Positions 1 through 7,763 of a stretch of 24,007 bases of DNA are shown here, in pieces. This stretch comes from a virus (Duplodnaviria > Caudoviricetes): the IMG/VR virus record IMGVR_UViG_3300020045_003277, positions 1 through 24,007 of that record. One strand, 5' to 3'. The translations under genes were made by a program, and so were the position numbers. The stretch's first letter is position 1, and each line of letters starts with the position of its first letter. The notes under the pieces were generated by a model. The model was not told the origin of the DNA, did not search any database, and saw only the letters and a program-made list of their open reading frames with translations.

Positions 1-92
1 ATAATATCACCTCTTTTAATAGCATTCTTTTTCTTAGAAGATATTAATTCTTTGTTTGTAAAAACATATTTTATTTCTTCTTCTCTTGTCAT
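1..92 (-). CDS. 5' part of the gene after portal (probable head morphogenesis/prohead protein), truncated by window edge
   Basis: ATG at 92 overlaps the upstream TGA; reads MTREEEIKYVFTNKELISSKKKNAIKRGDI, open to position 1; function from synteny only. Confidence 0.5.
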   Translation of the reverse strand, partial: MTREEEIKYVFTNKELISSKKKNAIKRGDI

Positions 93-199
93 TTCTTTAC
101 TATTTTTTGGTCTATTACTTGTTTCTGTTTTTCGGCTTTAATCTTATCTATAAACGCTTTCTTTTCTTCTGGTGTAAAATCTTTTAATATCGTTTTCAT
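89..199 (-). CDS. small hypothetical protein (36 aa)
   Basis: Manual translation MKTILKDFTPEEKKAFIDKIKAEKQKQVIDQKIVKK; ATGA overlaps at both ends. Confidence 0.6.
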   Translation of the reverse strand: MKTILKDFTPEEKKAFIDKIKAEKQKQVIDQKIVKK

Positions 200-1380
200 A
201 ATCCTAGTGTTAGTTTAAATTCATCGATTAACTTTCTACTTTCTTCTGAAGTGTAAATATTTGCTAATGTATTGATAAACAATTGCAAAGTTTCAATCTT
301 AGCCTTCATTATAATTTGCATAACTGGTAAATGATTATAAGAAGCTACTAGAGACTCATTGTTATCAATTAAACCAAAAGCACTAGCAAAACTATTCATT
401 GTGTTATTAGCATCCGTTTGAATACTATTTTGCACGTAGTCTAACATTGCTTTTTCTTTATTCTCGAATGTGCTTGCTCCATTGCTAAAATAGTTTAATA
501 TATCTTTAGACATATCAAACGCATTTAAACAAGTCAAAGCATCCGCAGAAAATTGTTCGTCTAAAAACAAACGTTTCATGTCACTAACTAAGTGTTGAGC
601 TTTAATGTTTGCATTGGTAATTAACAATGATTTTTTAGCAACTTTAGAAAATATATCGTTTCTATCACCTTCTTGTATCTGAGCCTCGTTTCCATCGCCT
701 TGTGAAGCCATCAAATACTTTTGTGACATCTTAAGATTTACATTTTTAGAAAGTAAATTCTCTTCTATGTTTTGAATGGTTTTTGACAATCCTTTTAGTC
801 TGCTAGGAGAACTCATTAAAGAGTTTTTAGTCAATCCATTTGCAAGGTCGTAAGTAGGTATTAAGTCTTTAATTTTAATATCAAATGATTGTCCTTCTAA
901 TGTATATTTAATCTTTCTATCTCCGTATGTTTTTAATTCTGCTTTAGTATAAATAAAAGATTTTACCTTGTGAGTATTGTTTAAATCTACTTCGCTAGGT
1001 AATAGATTATAAATGGCTTTTGTAATAGCTCCGGCATCAACTTTATATGTTAAATTAGTACCATTAGCCGACAAGAACCACATTTGCTGGAATAAGAAAT
1101 CTTCTTGTGATTGAAAGTAATTAGGTTGTTTAAACAGTTTTATAATAGGACTGTTTTCAATTTGCTTACCTGCTGAATTAAGATGCGAAATTTTCATTTG
1201 AGAATAAATCTTTGACCTTAAAGCAATAATAGCAAGCAATACAGGATTATTTAAAGATAAGTCTAGGTACTTATCAGAGTTTATAAAACCATCTTGGTCC
1301 AAAAAAGAATAGGTAAAAGTGCCATTGCGGTCTCTCTCCACATTAATGCTATTACCTTTCCAAAAATCAAATAATCCCAT
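196..1380 (-). CDS. phage portal protein
   Basis: 394 aa after terL; MGLFDFW N-terminus, LFKQPNYFQSQEDF (HK97-like PN motif), ASTFENKEKAMLDYVQNSI. Confidence 0.85.
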   Translation of the reverse strand: MGLFDFWKGNSINVERDRNGTFTYSFLDQDGFINSDKYLDLSLNNPVLLAIIALRSKIYSQMKISHLNSAGKQIENSPIIKLFKQPNYFQSQEDFLFQQMWFLSANGTNLTYKVDAGAITKAIYNLLPSEVDLNNTHKVKSFIYTKAELKTYGDRKIKYTLEGQSFDIKIKDLIPTYDLANGLTKNSLMSSPSRLKGLSKTIQNIEENLLSKNVNLKMSQKYLMASQGDGNEAQIQEGDRNDIFSKVAKKSLLITNANIKAQHLVSDMKRLFLDEQFSADALTCLNAFDMSKDILNYFSNGASTFENKEKAMLDYVQNSIQTDANNTMNSFASAFGLIDNNESLVASYNHLPVMQIIMKAKIETLQLFINTLANIYTSEESRKLIDEFKLTLGL

Positions 1381-1413
1381 AAATACTATGTTTCACAACA
1401 TTGTTAATAAAAG

Positions 1414-1421
1414 CAAATATA
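1414..1421 (-). promoter_or_regulatory. Bacteroidota -7 promoter element (TATATTTG-type, TAnnTTTG) upstream of portal
   Basis: caaatata on + strand, about 35 nt before the portal ATG. Confidence 0.55.
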
Positions 1422-1432
1422 ATAAAAAAATA

Positions 1433-1477
1433 TTAACTTAGACGAAAAACTTTTGTGTACCAAGAAATAACATGCTT
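1433..1477 (-). pseudogene. stranded duplicate of the terL 3' end (KHVISWYTKVFRLS*)
   Basis: Gap-free alignment to TerL C-terminus RMGVSWYVRTRNLSI*; lies directly after the GIY-YIG stop. Confidence 0.7.
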
Positions 1478-2111
1478 AAACATATATAAACTGACTCCTA
1501 TTTACTAAATTACCATTAAGCCTAGCCGTTAAAGTAGTTCTGTTAATACAATAGTTTTCAGAAGCTTCTTTTGCTGAATTATAATATATTCCTGTTTCTA
1601 AATTTAATACTAACTTTGATTTAGATTTATTTCCTAACTTACTTATACTAATATTCTTTATTTGCTCCTTGCTTCTTTTCATTCCTAAGCTTCTTTGATG
1701 TCCCATTGCTTTTTTAGACAATATCATTTTTGATTCTAAAGAATGAGTCTTACCTTTAAATCCATAAGTTCCTTTTTGCCCCATAGATGAAATAGACATT
1801 TTATTTTTTGTTTCTTCGCTATGATTCCCGTTAAAGTGTTTTGATTTGGTAAACATGCAATTTAAACCTTTATCAATACAATTATATAGTTCTTGATAGT
1901 ACCTTTCAAGTTCGTTTAATTCGTTTAAATTACACTCATTTATAATCTCAAATAAATGATTATTAACTCCGTACTTTTTTAATGAATTAAATAGTTTCGG
2001 TTGCTCAATACAGCTAAGTCTTTTATAAGTTGAAAATCTTTTATTTATATCAATGCTTTGACCGATATAGACTCTATTTGTTGGACTTGTTATTTTATAA
2101 ATACCTATCAT
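1476..2111 (-). CDS. GIY-YIG homing endonuclease with NUMOD3/NUMOD1-type DNA-binding repeats
   Basis: GIYKITSPTNRVYIGQS...R; HSEETKNKMS and GKTHSLESK repeats; C-terminal YNSAKEASENYCINRTTL helix-turn-helix. Confidence 0.92.
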   Translation of the reverse strand: MIGIYKITSPTNRVYIGQSIDINKRFSTYKRLSCIEQPKLFNSLKKYGVNNHLFEIINECNLNELNELERYYQELYNCIDKGLNCMFTKSKHFNGNHSEETKNKMSISSMGQKGTYGFKGKTHSLESKMILSKKAMGHQRSLGMKRSKEQIKNISISKLGNKSKSKLVLNLETGIYYNSAKEASENYCINRTTLTARLNGNLVNRSQFIYV

Positions 2112-2142
2112 TTGTCTTATTTTATGTATATAAATATACGAA

Positions 2143-3357
2143 TTATATAGATAAATTCCTAGTCCTTACGTACCAACTTACTCCCATTCTAGCACAGTCT
2201 AGTAAGTGATCATCTCCGTTTTGCTCTGGTTCATCCATTTGCATACCATTGTAAACACGCCAAGAATATTGTTCATATTCATTTTCTAAATCTTTTGAAT
2301 CATCCGTGTAATATATCATGCATTTTTGCATTGTCTCAATACCTGCGCTAATAGATCCAGCTCCCTTTTTGGCTGGAATAACATTATAACCTGAGTTTTT
2401 TAACTTTCTACTTTCTGATTTATTAATTTCATTACCACTATCACAAATATTTTCTCTATCTTTTGGTATTCCAATATTTTCAAATTCTTCAGACAAAGTT
2501 CCTTTCATTTGATTCATTGGCTTATATAATCTTTGTCTAAAAAAGAAAGATTTATCTCCATCAAATTTAAATTCTAAATTAGCGGTAGGAGCAGAAAGCC
2601 CAAAGTCAGTTGAATAGTAGCTTGGATATGGTATTTTGTCAAAATCTCCTTTAGGTAATGTTTTCCATCCTTTAAAGATTCTATTTGGCTTTTCAGCTTT
2701 TAAACCTAAAGCATAAACAGCATGCAAATAAGCATTAGCAGTACCTTGTTCAATATTATATGGGTTATTTGGATCGTATGATAGTATTTTCTTTTTCTGT
2801 TCTTCAGGAACAAAAGGATTGTCTTTATAAGTAGAATGTATAACTATTGCGTTTTCTCTCCTGCTTAATTCGTCAATCCAATGATTGTTTTTAGGATTCC
2901 AATCTATTATTATATAGTCAGTAGTTCTCATATCTATTTGGTTAAAAGCGTCTAAACCAAATTTATAGGGTTCGTTCAGATGCGCAATATTTCCTTGAAA
3001 ACCATGCACTCTATTTTCTTCATCACCTCCCATAAATTCAATAGTAGATCCGTTTGAGAAAGTATACATCGATTCAGTCTTGTTAAATATTACCGAATCG
3101 ATATTTGGAAATGTTGGAACGGCTTTTTTCAAATCTGCAAGTATTGTCATTTTACAATCTGCCTTTGTTTCTCTCCAAATAGAAACCCTTGTATTTGGAG
3201 TTAGTAAAGATTTAATCCAATGCGTTTGTAAAATTGAATGCGTTTTGCTAGAACGTGAAGATCCAGTATTAATAATGTATTTATACTTTCTTGAACCGTC
3301 TGGATTTTTAGCATTAATAGCATTCCATATTTTTTCAAATACTATTGTAGCTTTCAT
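2143..3357 (-). CDS. terL: terminase large subunit (PBSX/Terminase_3-like)
   Basis: Walker A variant GSSRSSKT, coupling motif DWNP, HSTYKDNPF, nuclease motifs DFG and DDHLLD. Confidence 0.92.
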   Translation of the reverse strand: MKATIVFEKIWNAINAKNPDGSRKYKYIINTGSSRSSKTHSILQTHWIKSLLTPNTRVSIWRETKADCKMTILADLKKAVPTFPNIDSVIFNKTESMYTFSNGSTIEFMGGDEENRVHGFQGNIAHLNEPYKFGLDAFNQIDMRTTDYIIIDWNPKNNHWIDELSRRENAIVIHSTYKDNPFVPEEQKKKILSYDPNNPYNIEQGTANAYLHAVYALGLKAEKPNRIFKGWKTLPKGDFDKIPYPSYYSTDFGLSAPTANLEFKFDGDKSFFFRQRLYKPMNQMKGTLSEEFENIGIPKDRENICDSGNEINKSESRKLKNSGYNVIPAKKGAGSISAGIETMQKCMIYYTDDSKDLENEYEQYSWRVYNGMQMDEPEQNGDDHLLDCARMGVSWYVRTRNLSI

Positions 3358-3801
3358 TTAATCTAAATCTGGTTTAATAATCTCTATTTTAATGTCATTG
3401 CTTGTTATCTTTTCACCACCAGAAGTTATATCTGTTTGCTCTTTTATTCCGTTTAGCCTTTGGGTAATGCTTGGGTTGTATATGCCAGCCATACCACCTT
3501 CTATTTGATCTTGTCGAACATTTCTCTTAATACGTGAACAGATGGTTGAAAAATCTTCATAAGCATTATTACTATTTGCAAAGTAATTGCTTAAATCGTT
3601 AATAATTTCTTTATCTTCTAAATAGTTTTCAAATCCTTCTATAGTCAAAGGCTTTTCCTTTTCTCTGTAAACTTGTTCGGCATCTTTACCTACCCAATCT
3701 TTCAAAAGAAAAGGAACTTTTTTCACTTCTTGTTTATAATCTAAAAAATGTTTCCAAAGTATATCTGGACTTTCTATTTTTTTTGGTCTACCTAATGCCA
3801 T
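3358..3801 (-). CDS. terS: terminase small subunit (GP3/DNA-packaging type); start corrected to ATG 3801
   Basis: MALGRPKKIESPDILW, PLTIEGF, GGMAGIYNPSITQRLNG; abuts terL; the ORF-track extension to 3843 overlaps the tRNA-like element. Confidence 0.85.
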   Translation of the reverse strand: MALGRPKKIESPDILWKHFLDYKQEVKKVPFLLKDWVGKDAEQVYREKEKPLTIEGFENYLEDKEIINDLSNYFANSNNAYEDFSTICSRIKRNVRQDQIEGGMAGIYNPSITQRLNGIKEQTDITSGGEKITSNDIKIEIIKPDLD

Positions 3802-3814
3802 AATATTAATTTTG

Positions 3815-3894
3815 TGGACGCAATAGGACTCGAACCTATGCAAGAAACCAAATTAATGGATGCCGTAACCATCCCGACATTATACCCTACGCCC
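3815..3894 (-). tRNA. non-canonical tRNA-like element (no proper D arm; UAC in a 7-nt loop; G3:U70)
   Basis: Acceptor GGGCGTA/TGCGTCC plus discriminator A; T arm ATAGG-TTCGAGT-CCTAT; stem GGATG-GTTACGG-CATCC; no encoded CCA. Confidence 0.55.
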
Positions 3895-3906
3895 ATTTTA
3901 CTTACA

Positions 3907-3914
3907 CAAATATA
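3907..3914 (-). promoter_or_regulatory. -7 promoter element TATATTTG for the tRNA-like/terS/terL unit
   Basis: Consensus match 12 nt upstream of the tRNA-like 5' end and directly after a terminator. Confidence 0.65.
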
Positions 3915-3915
3915 C

Positions 3916-3955
3916 AAAAAAACCCTCAATTACTACAAAATAGTTATCGAGGGTA
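3916..3955 (-). terminator. intrinsic terminator
   Basis: ACCCTCGATAACTA...TAGTAATTGAGGGT hairpin followed by a T tract on the - strand. Confidence 0.7.
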
Positions 3956-3986
3956 AAAAATTAATTATGAAGTTCAAATATAGTTG

Positions 3987-4166
3987 TTAATTTTTAATTT
4001 TCCAAACTCCAACTAAATTTTTCATATTTCTATTTTCTTTTGTTGGATAGTAACTTACAAAGTGACTTACTATTTCGTTTAAATTTTTATAATTAAATAC
4101 TACAATTGCTTTTAAAGTTCCATCATTTAGGCAATCTATATTTTCTATTATATATCCTTCTTTCAT
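3987..4166 (-). CDS. hypothetical protein (59 aa)
   Basis: Manual translation MKEGYIIENIDCLNDG...VGVWKIKN; ATGA-coupled to the upstream gene. Confidence 0.6.
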   Translation of the reverse strand: MKEGYIIENIDCLNDGTLKAIVVFNYKNLNEIVSHFVSYYPTKENRNMKNLVGVWKIKN

Positions 4167-4585
4167 AATCCTATTTGTTTAATTGCTGTTTGTGTTAGTT
4201 GTATAGGCGTATCTTTTATTAAATCCTCGATAGTTCTCATCCCCCATATGTTTTTTACAGTAGTTGAATTCCTAGCGATATAAAAAACAGACTGCATGCC
4301 ATTTTGAATATACATCTTATATTGAGGAGATTCAGTTGTGTTAAAAAATCCATCAAACAAACATCTTTCTTTTGCTTGTTGGTATTCTTTTAAAAGTTCA
4401 CGCATTGTTTCTATAGATTTACCATTATGAGTTGGATCTTCTAGTACATTCCCATCTTCATCACAAGGAACAAACATCCATAATTTCAGAGGTTGTTTTA
4501 GGAATTTGGCGTAGTTAATAATATTTGATGAAGACATACTTTCATCTTTTAAAACATAGTCTACCATTGATATCAGATTTTTCAT
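4163..4585 (-). CDS. hypothetical phage protein
   Basis: 140 aa ORF, translationally coupled; LKQPLKLWMFVPCDEDGNVLE motif. Confidence 0.7.
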   Translation of the reverse strand: MKNLISMVDYVLKDESMSSSNIINYAKFLKQPLKLWMFVPCDEDGNVLEDPTHNGKSIETMRELLKEYQQAKERCLFDGFFNTTESPQYKMYIQNGMQSVFYIARNSTTVKNIWGMRTIEDLIKDTPIQLTQTAIKQIGL

Positions 4586-4716
4586 TTCAAATCATATTTT
4601 ATAGGTTTCACATCAATATGTATTTTAGATAACTCTAACGCTTTTTTTCTAGAGTTTTTCATTTCGTCTTGAATACGATTTTGTTTTTCGGGTGGGTTAC
4701 GTTTATTTACTGGCAT
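4582..4716 (-). CDS. small hypothetical protein (44 aa)
   Basis: Manual translation MPVNKRNPPEKQNRIQDEMK...; fills the gap with overlapping start/stop. Confidence 0.5.
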   Translation of the reverse strand: MPVNKRNPPEKQNRIQDEMKNSRKKALELSKIHIDVKPIKYDLK

Positions 4717-4985
4717 GTTGCTTTTTTTATTAGTTTACCTAATTCAATATAAGTCTCAGTGCCTTTGTCGTATCTTTCATAAACTCTTTTCAACATTTCC
4801 AACATTTCTGGAGCGCATGCAATTAGTTTTGCGTTATTTAAACCTAATTTATCTTCAATCCTTTTGCCAACTCTATCATGTTCAAAAGTCATTATATTGC
4901 AATTAGCAATTACTTTCTTTTCATTAGACATAATAGTTAAGGATTTTGCTTCCCATTCTCCTTCTGTTCCTTTAAATTCGCTCAT
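4707..4985 (-). CDS. hypothetical phage protein (NAKLIACAPEMLE motif family)
   Basis: GTEGEW...NAKLIACAPEMLEML, a common small phage protein motif. Confidence 0.7.
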   Translation of the reverse strand: MSEFKGTEGEWEAKSLTIMSNEKKVIANCNIMTFEHDRVGKRIEDKLGLNNAKLIACAPEMLEMLKRVYERYDKGTETYIELGKLIKKATCQ

Positions 4986-4987
4986 GA

Positions 4988-5896
4988 TTAAATTATTTTA
5001 CAATTAAGTTTTTCTTCAGCTTCTTTTTTTGTTAGTGTTGGGATAATTGTTGCCCATATTCCGTCTCTAAATATCCAACCGTTAGCACCATTAGTAATTC
5101 CGTTATTTTCAACTTTACTATTATAAAATGAAAATTTACCAGTGGATATAAAGTTTCTGCTTAAACAATCAATAAAATATACATTTTTTTTACCAAACCC
5201 CCTCTTAACAGCTTCATTTTTCAAGGCTTCAAATACTTCTTGTTCTGTGGCTTTTCTATCCATTGTGCCAATTGCATGAAAAGCAAAATTTTCAGAATCA
5301 TTTTTTATGTGCTTACATTTAATTGTTCCTCCGTGGTATTTAGTAACTTCAAAAATAAGAACTAAACAACCTGTATTATGAAACCAATAATCACCAATAT
5401 TAAAAGTGTCTAATTTATAGTCAAAACTTTTCTTTGTATTCTCTTGTTTTGATATAATTTGAAGATTACTAGCTTTATCATTAGTTTTATCTTCATCAAT
5501 ATGATCAACACAAATAAACTTACTTCTATTTGTATGGTTTAAAAAAACTTCTGAAACTAAATGATAAACTAAATGAGTTTTGTCTATTCCATACATTGAA
5601 AGACCTACTTTATAATACCCTTGTGGATTTAAAGACTTAGATAATACTTTTCCGTATACTTTTCTAGTAAATTCTGGGTTTTTACTATGCTTTACTTCTC
5701 TACTTAAACTCCTAACATTACCCATGTTTGAAACTTCATAGAAGCCTAAATAATTATGGACTGGTAGCCAAAGTTCTTCTTCACTTTCTTCTAACTTAAC
5801 CTCAAACACATCAGGAAACCATTGTTTTAATTTATTTTCATACCCTAAATCTGCCAATTCTAAAACCTGCTCTTTTGTAATTTTGTATTTTTTCAT
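4988..5896 (-). CDS. hypothetical protein with internal NUMOD4-HNH endonuclease module
   Basis: EELWLPVHNYLGFYEVSNMGNVRS (NUMOD4) and VDHIDEDKTNDKASNLQIISKQENT (HNH) at about aa 38-157, flanked by unrelated sequence. Confidence 0.8.
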   Translation of the reverse strand: MKKYKITKEQVLELADLGYENKLKQWFPDVFEVKLEESEEELWLPVHNYLGFYEVSNMGNVRSLSREVKHSKNPEFTRKVYGKVLSKSLNPQGYYKVGLSMYGIDKTHLVYHLVSEVFLNHTNRSKFICVDHIDEDKTNDKASNLQIISKQENTKKSFDYKLDTFNIGDYWFHNTGCLVLIFEVTKYHGGTIKCKHIKNDSENFAFHAIGTMDRKATEQEVFEALKNEAVKRGFGKKNVYFIDCLSRNFISTGKFSFYNSKVENNGITNGANGWIFRDGIWATIIPTLTKKEAEEKLNCKII

Positions 5897-5899
5897 AAT

Positions 5900-6100
5900 T
5901 TAATAATTTTCGTTAATAACAATTTGATTAATTTGCTCTATAATATCATCTTTAAGCATCCAAGATATATCTACTCCGTCGGTTTCAATAGTCCAATGAC
6001 TCCAGCGTTCTTTATATCCTGTTTCAATTTCTGCTTCTTGAAACTCTCCTTTAACTTCAAGTTCTAAACCTTCGTACTTAATGTTATGTGTTGCTTCCAT
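5900..6100 (-). CDS. acidic hypothetical protein (likely start MEATHN)
   Basis: ORF track 5900..6130; the internal ATG reduces the overlap with the upstream gene. Confidence 0.6.
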   Translation of the reverse strand: MEATHNIKYEGLELEVKGEFQEAEIETGYKERWSHWTIETDGVDISWMLKDDIIEQINQIVINENY

Positions 6101-6512
6101 TTTCTTTAAAATATTTATGCCAAAAGGCAATTAATGATTCAGGTGCGTTATCAATTGTAAAAGGCGTGTTATCTAATTCTCTACCTTCATTTAATTTAGA
6201 TAGTATTTTTGCAAACTCTCTGACCTCTTTTATTCTTTCTGGCATACATTGTACAGAATATGCTTTATTGTCGTTCTTCGGTCTTCCTGATCCTTCGGTT
6301 CTGCCTCCTCTAGTTTTTTTTATATCGTCTAATTCATCGCATCTATCTATTCCGTTTTGAATTAAATCATCTATTTGATCTAAACAATCTTCAATAGTTT
6401 CTCCAGCTCCTTTTGCGTATTCATCATCTTCTGCAAAAAAATGAAATCTTAAATGTTTTGGAGCGTAACCCGTTTTATCTTCTTCAAAAGTATATCCTTT
6501 ATAATTTTCCAT
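6084..6512 (-). CDS. putative DNA-binding protein with acidic N-terminus
   Basis: RGGRTEGSGRPK motif followed by a ribbon-helix-like segment. Confidence 0.5.
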   Translation of the reverse strand: MENYKGYTFEEDKTGYAPKHLRFHFFAEDDEYAKGAGETIEDCLDQIDDLIQNGIDRCDELDDIKKTRGGRTEGSGRPKNDNKAYSVQCMPERIKEVREFAKILSKLNEGRELDNTPFTIDNAPESLIAFWHKYFKENGSNT

Positions 6513-6523
6513 AATGTAAAATT

Positions 6524-6550
6524 TTAAAGGGGTTTTTACACCCCGTTTTT
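6524..6550. terminator. intrinsic terminator-like hairpin
   Basis: GGGGT/ACCCC stem with an A run on the left and a T run on the right. Confidence 0.6.
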
Positions 6551-6551
6551 A

Positions 6552-6836
6552 TTATCCTAAAATTGTACAATCAAAAGGGTTATACCCTAATTCACTTGCT
6601 TGACATAATCCGTCAAACTCATCTTGACTAACTATTGAACTTTGAGGCTTAGAGAAAAATAAATCGTTAGTTAATATTCTATAAACTTTTCCAGAAGTTA
6701 ATGAATCAGTAAAATCAATACTTCCGCCTTCTGATGAAGATATTGTATAAATTCCGTTATCAAAACTCATTGAAACTACACCTACGATATTATTTTCTTT
6801 TACTAATTTTGCTACTTGTTTTACTGATACTCTCAT
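6552..6836 (-). CDS. hypothetical protein in its own promoter-terminator unit
   Basis: 94 aa ORF between promoter 6872-6902 and hairpin 6524-6550. Confidence 0.7.
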   Translation of the reverse strand: MRVSVKQVAKLVKENNIVGVVSMSFDNGIYTISSSEGGSIDFTDSLTSGKVYRILTNDLFFSKPQSSIVSQDEFDGLCQASELGYNPFDCTILG

Positions 6837-6871
6837 AATTTCTATTTGTTTTATTAGTTGTTATCTGAGTA

Positions 6872-6902
6872 CAAATATAAGTAACTTATTTAGATAAACA
6901 AT
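6872..6902 (-). promoter_or_regulatory. Bacteroidota sigma-A promoter (aTTG-N19-TATATTTG)
   Basis: -33/-7 elements with a 19-nt spacer. Confidence 0.7.
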
Positions 6903-6924
6903 ACTTTTTATCAAACTTTAACAT

Positions 6925-7110
6925 TTACCCATGATTCAATCTAAAAAGAACCTCTTGCAGTTGTTTAGCTTTTTCATAATCTTTATTTTTAAAAGCTTCT
7001 CGGATTTGTTCTGGTAATTGGCTTGGTTTATTAGCTATTGCATTGTATTTGTCACAATTGGTTTTACCCTGTGTTTTACAGGATAGCTGGCAATGACGGC
7101 AGTTTGACAT
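6925..7110 (-). CDS. small Cys-rich protein with UVR-like C-terminus
   Basis: CRHCQLSC...C; EAFKNKDYEKAKQLQE. Confidence 0.55.
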   Translation of the reverse strand: MSNCRHCQLSCKTQGKTNCDKYNAIANKPSQLPEQIREAFKNKDYEKAKQLQEVLFRLNHG

Positions 7111-7760
7111 TAGAATAATTTAGTTTGTGCCATGTGGTTGTTAATTCTTTCCATTGCTTTGTCGAAATACTCTTTATCTAACTCACACGCTGTTAAGTCA
7201 AAACCGTAATCGTGACAGGCTATTGCTATACTTCCTGAACCTAAATGAGTATCAAGTATTTTATCGCCTTGTTTTGCGTATTTATCTAAAACAGCTTTGT
7301 AGAGTGCAACGGGTTTTTGCGTTGGGTGTATTCTTATTTCTTTTTCTTTCATATTCCCCTGAAGCATTCCGTGCCATCTAAACTCTATTTTTCTAACAGC
7401 CGTTTTTTGGCTACAATAAGCAAGTTCGCAATCAGCAAAATCATTTTCTCCATTTACTTTATCCCACACAATCCAGCAACTACTATTTGCGTTCGGGATA
7501 TTTTCAATAAAATGATTTGCGCCCCAAATAACTTGATGTTTAGAAACTCTTTTTAATTCATTAAAATAATCTTGGTTTGGTGCATTATCATCCCAATTTT
7601 TATTACCGTAATTTTTAGATTTTCCTAATTTGCTACGGCTTTTATTATCATTAGAACTTTCGCCAATTCCGTATGGTGGGTCAACTATCGCTAAATCAAA
7701 ATAATTATCTGGATAACGCTTCATTAAATCCATGTTGCACTCATTTGTAATTTGTATCAT
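7110..7760 (-). CDS. orphan DNA N6-adenine/N4-cytosine methyltransferase (beta class)
   Basis: DPPY catalytic motif, HPTQKP, ILDTHLGSGS SAM-binding motif. Confidence 0.92.
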   Translation of the reverse strand: MIQITNECNMDLMKRYPDNYFDLAIVDPPYGIGESSNDNKSRSKLGKSKNYGNKNWDDNAPNQDYFNELKRVSKHQVIWGANHFIENIPNANSSCWIVWDKVNGENDFADCELAYCSQKTAVRKIEFRWHGMLQGNMKEKEIRIHPTQKPVALYKAVLDKYAKQGDKILDTHLGSGSIAIACHDYGFDLTACELDKEYFDKAMERINNHMAQTKLF

Positions 7761-7763
7761 AAT

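Noticed and set aside
1476-2142. Group I intron in terL
   Set aside because: terL has a complete C-terminus and stop before the endonuclease, and the non-coding flanks are too short for a ribozyme core; a replacement-end insertion fits better.
3802-3843. N-terminal extension MHRFESYCVHKINI of terS
   Set aside because: It overlaps the T arm and acceptor stem of the tRNA-like element; MALGRPKK is a typical TerS start.
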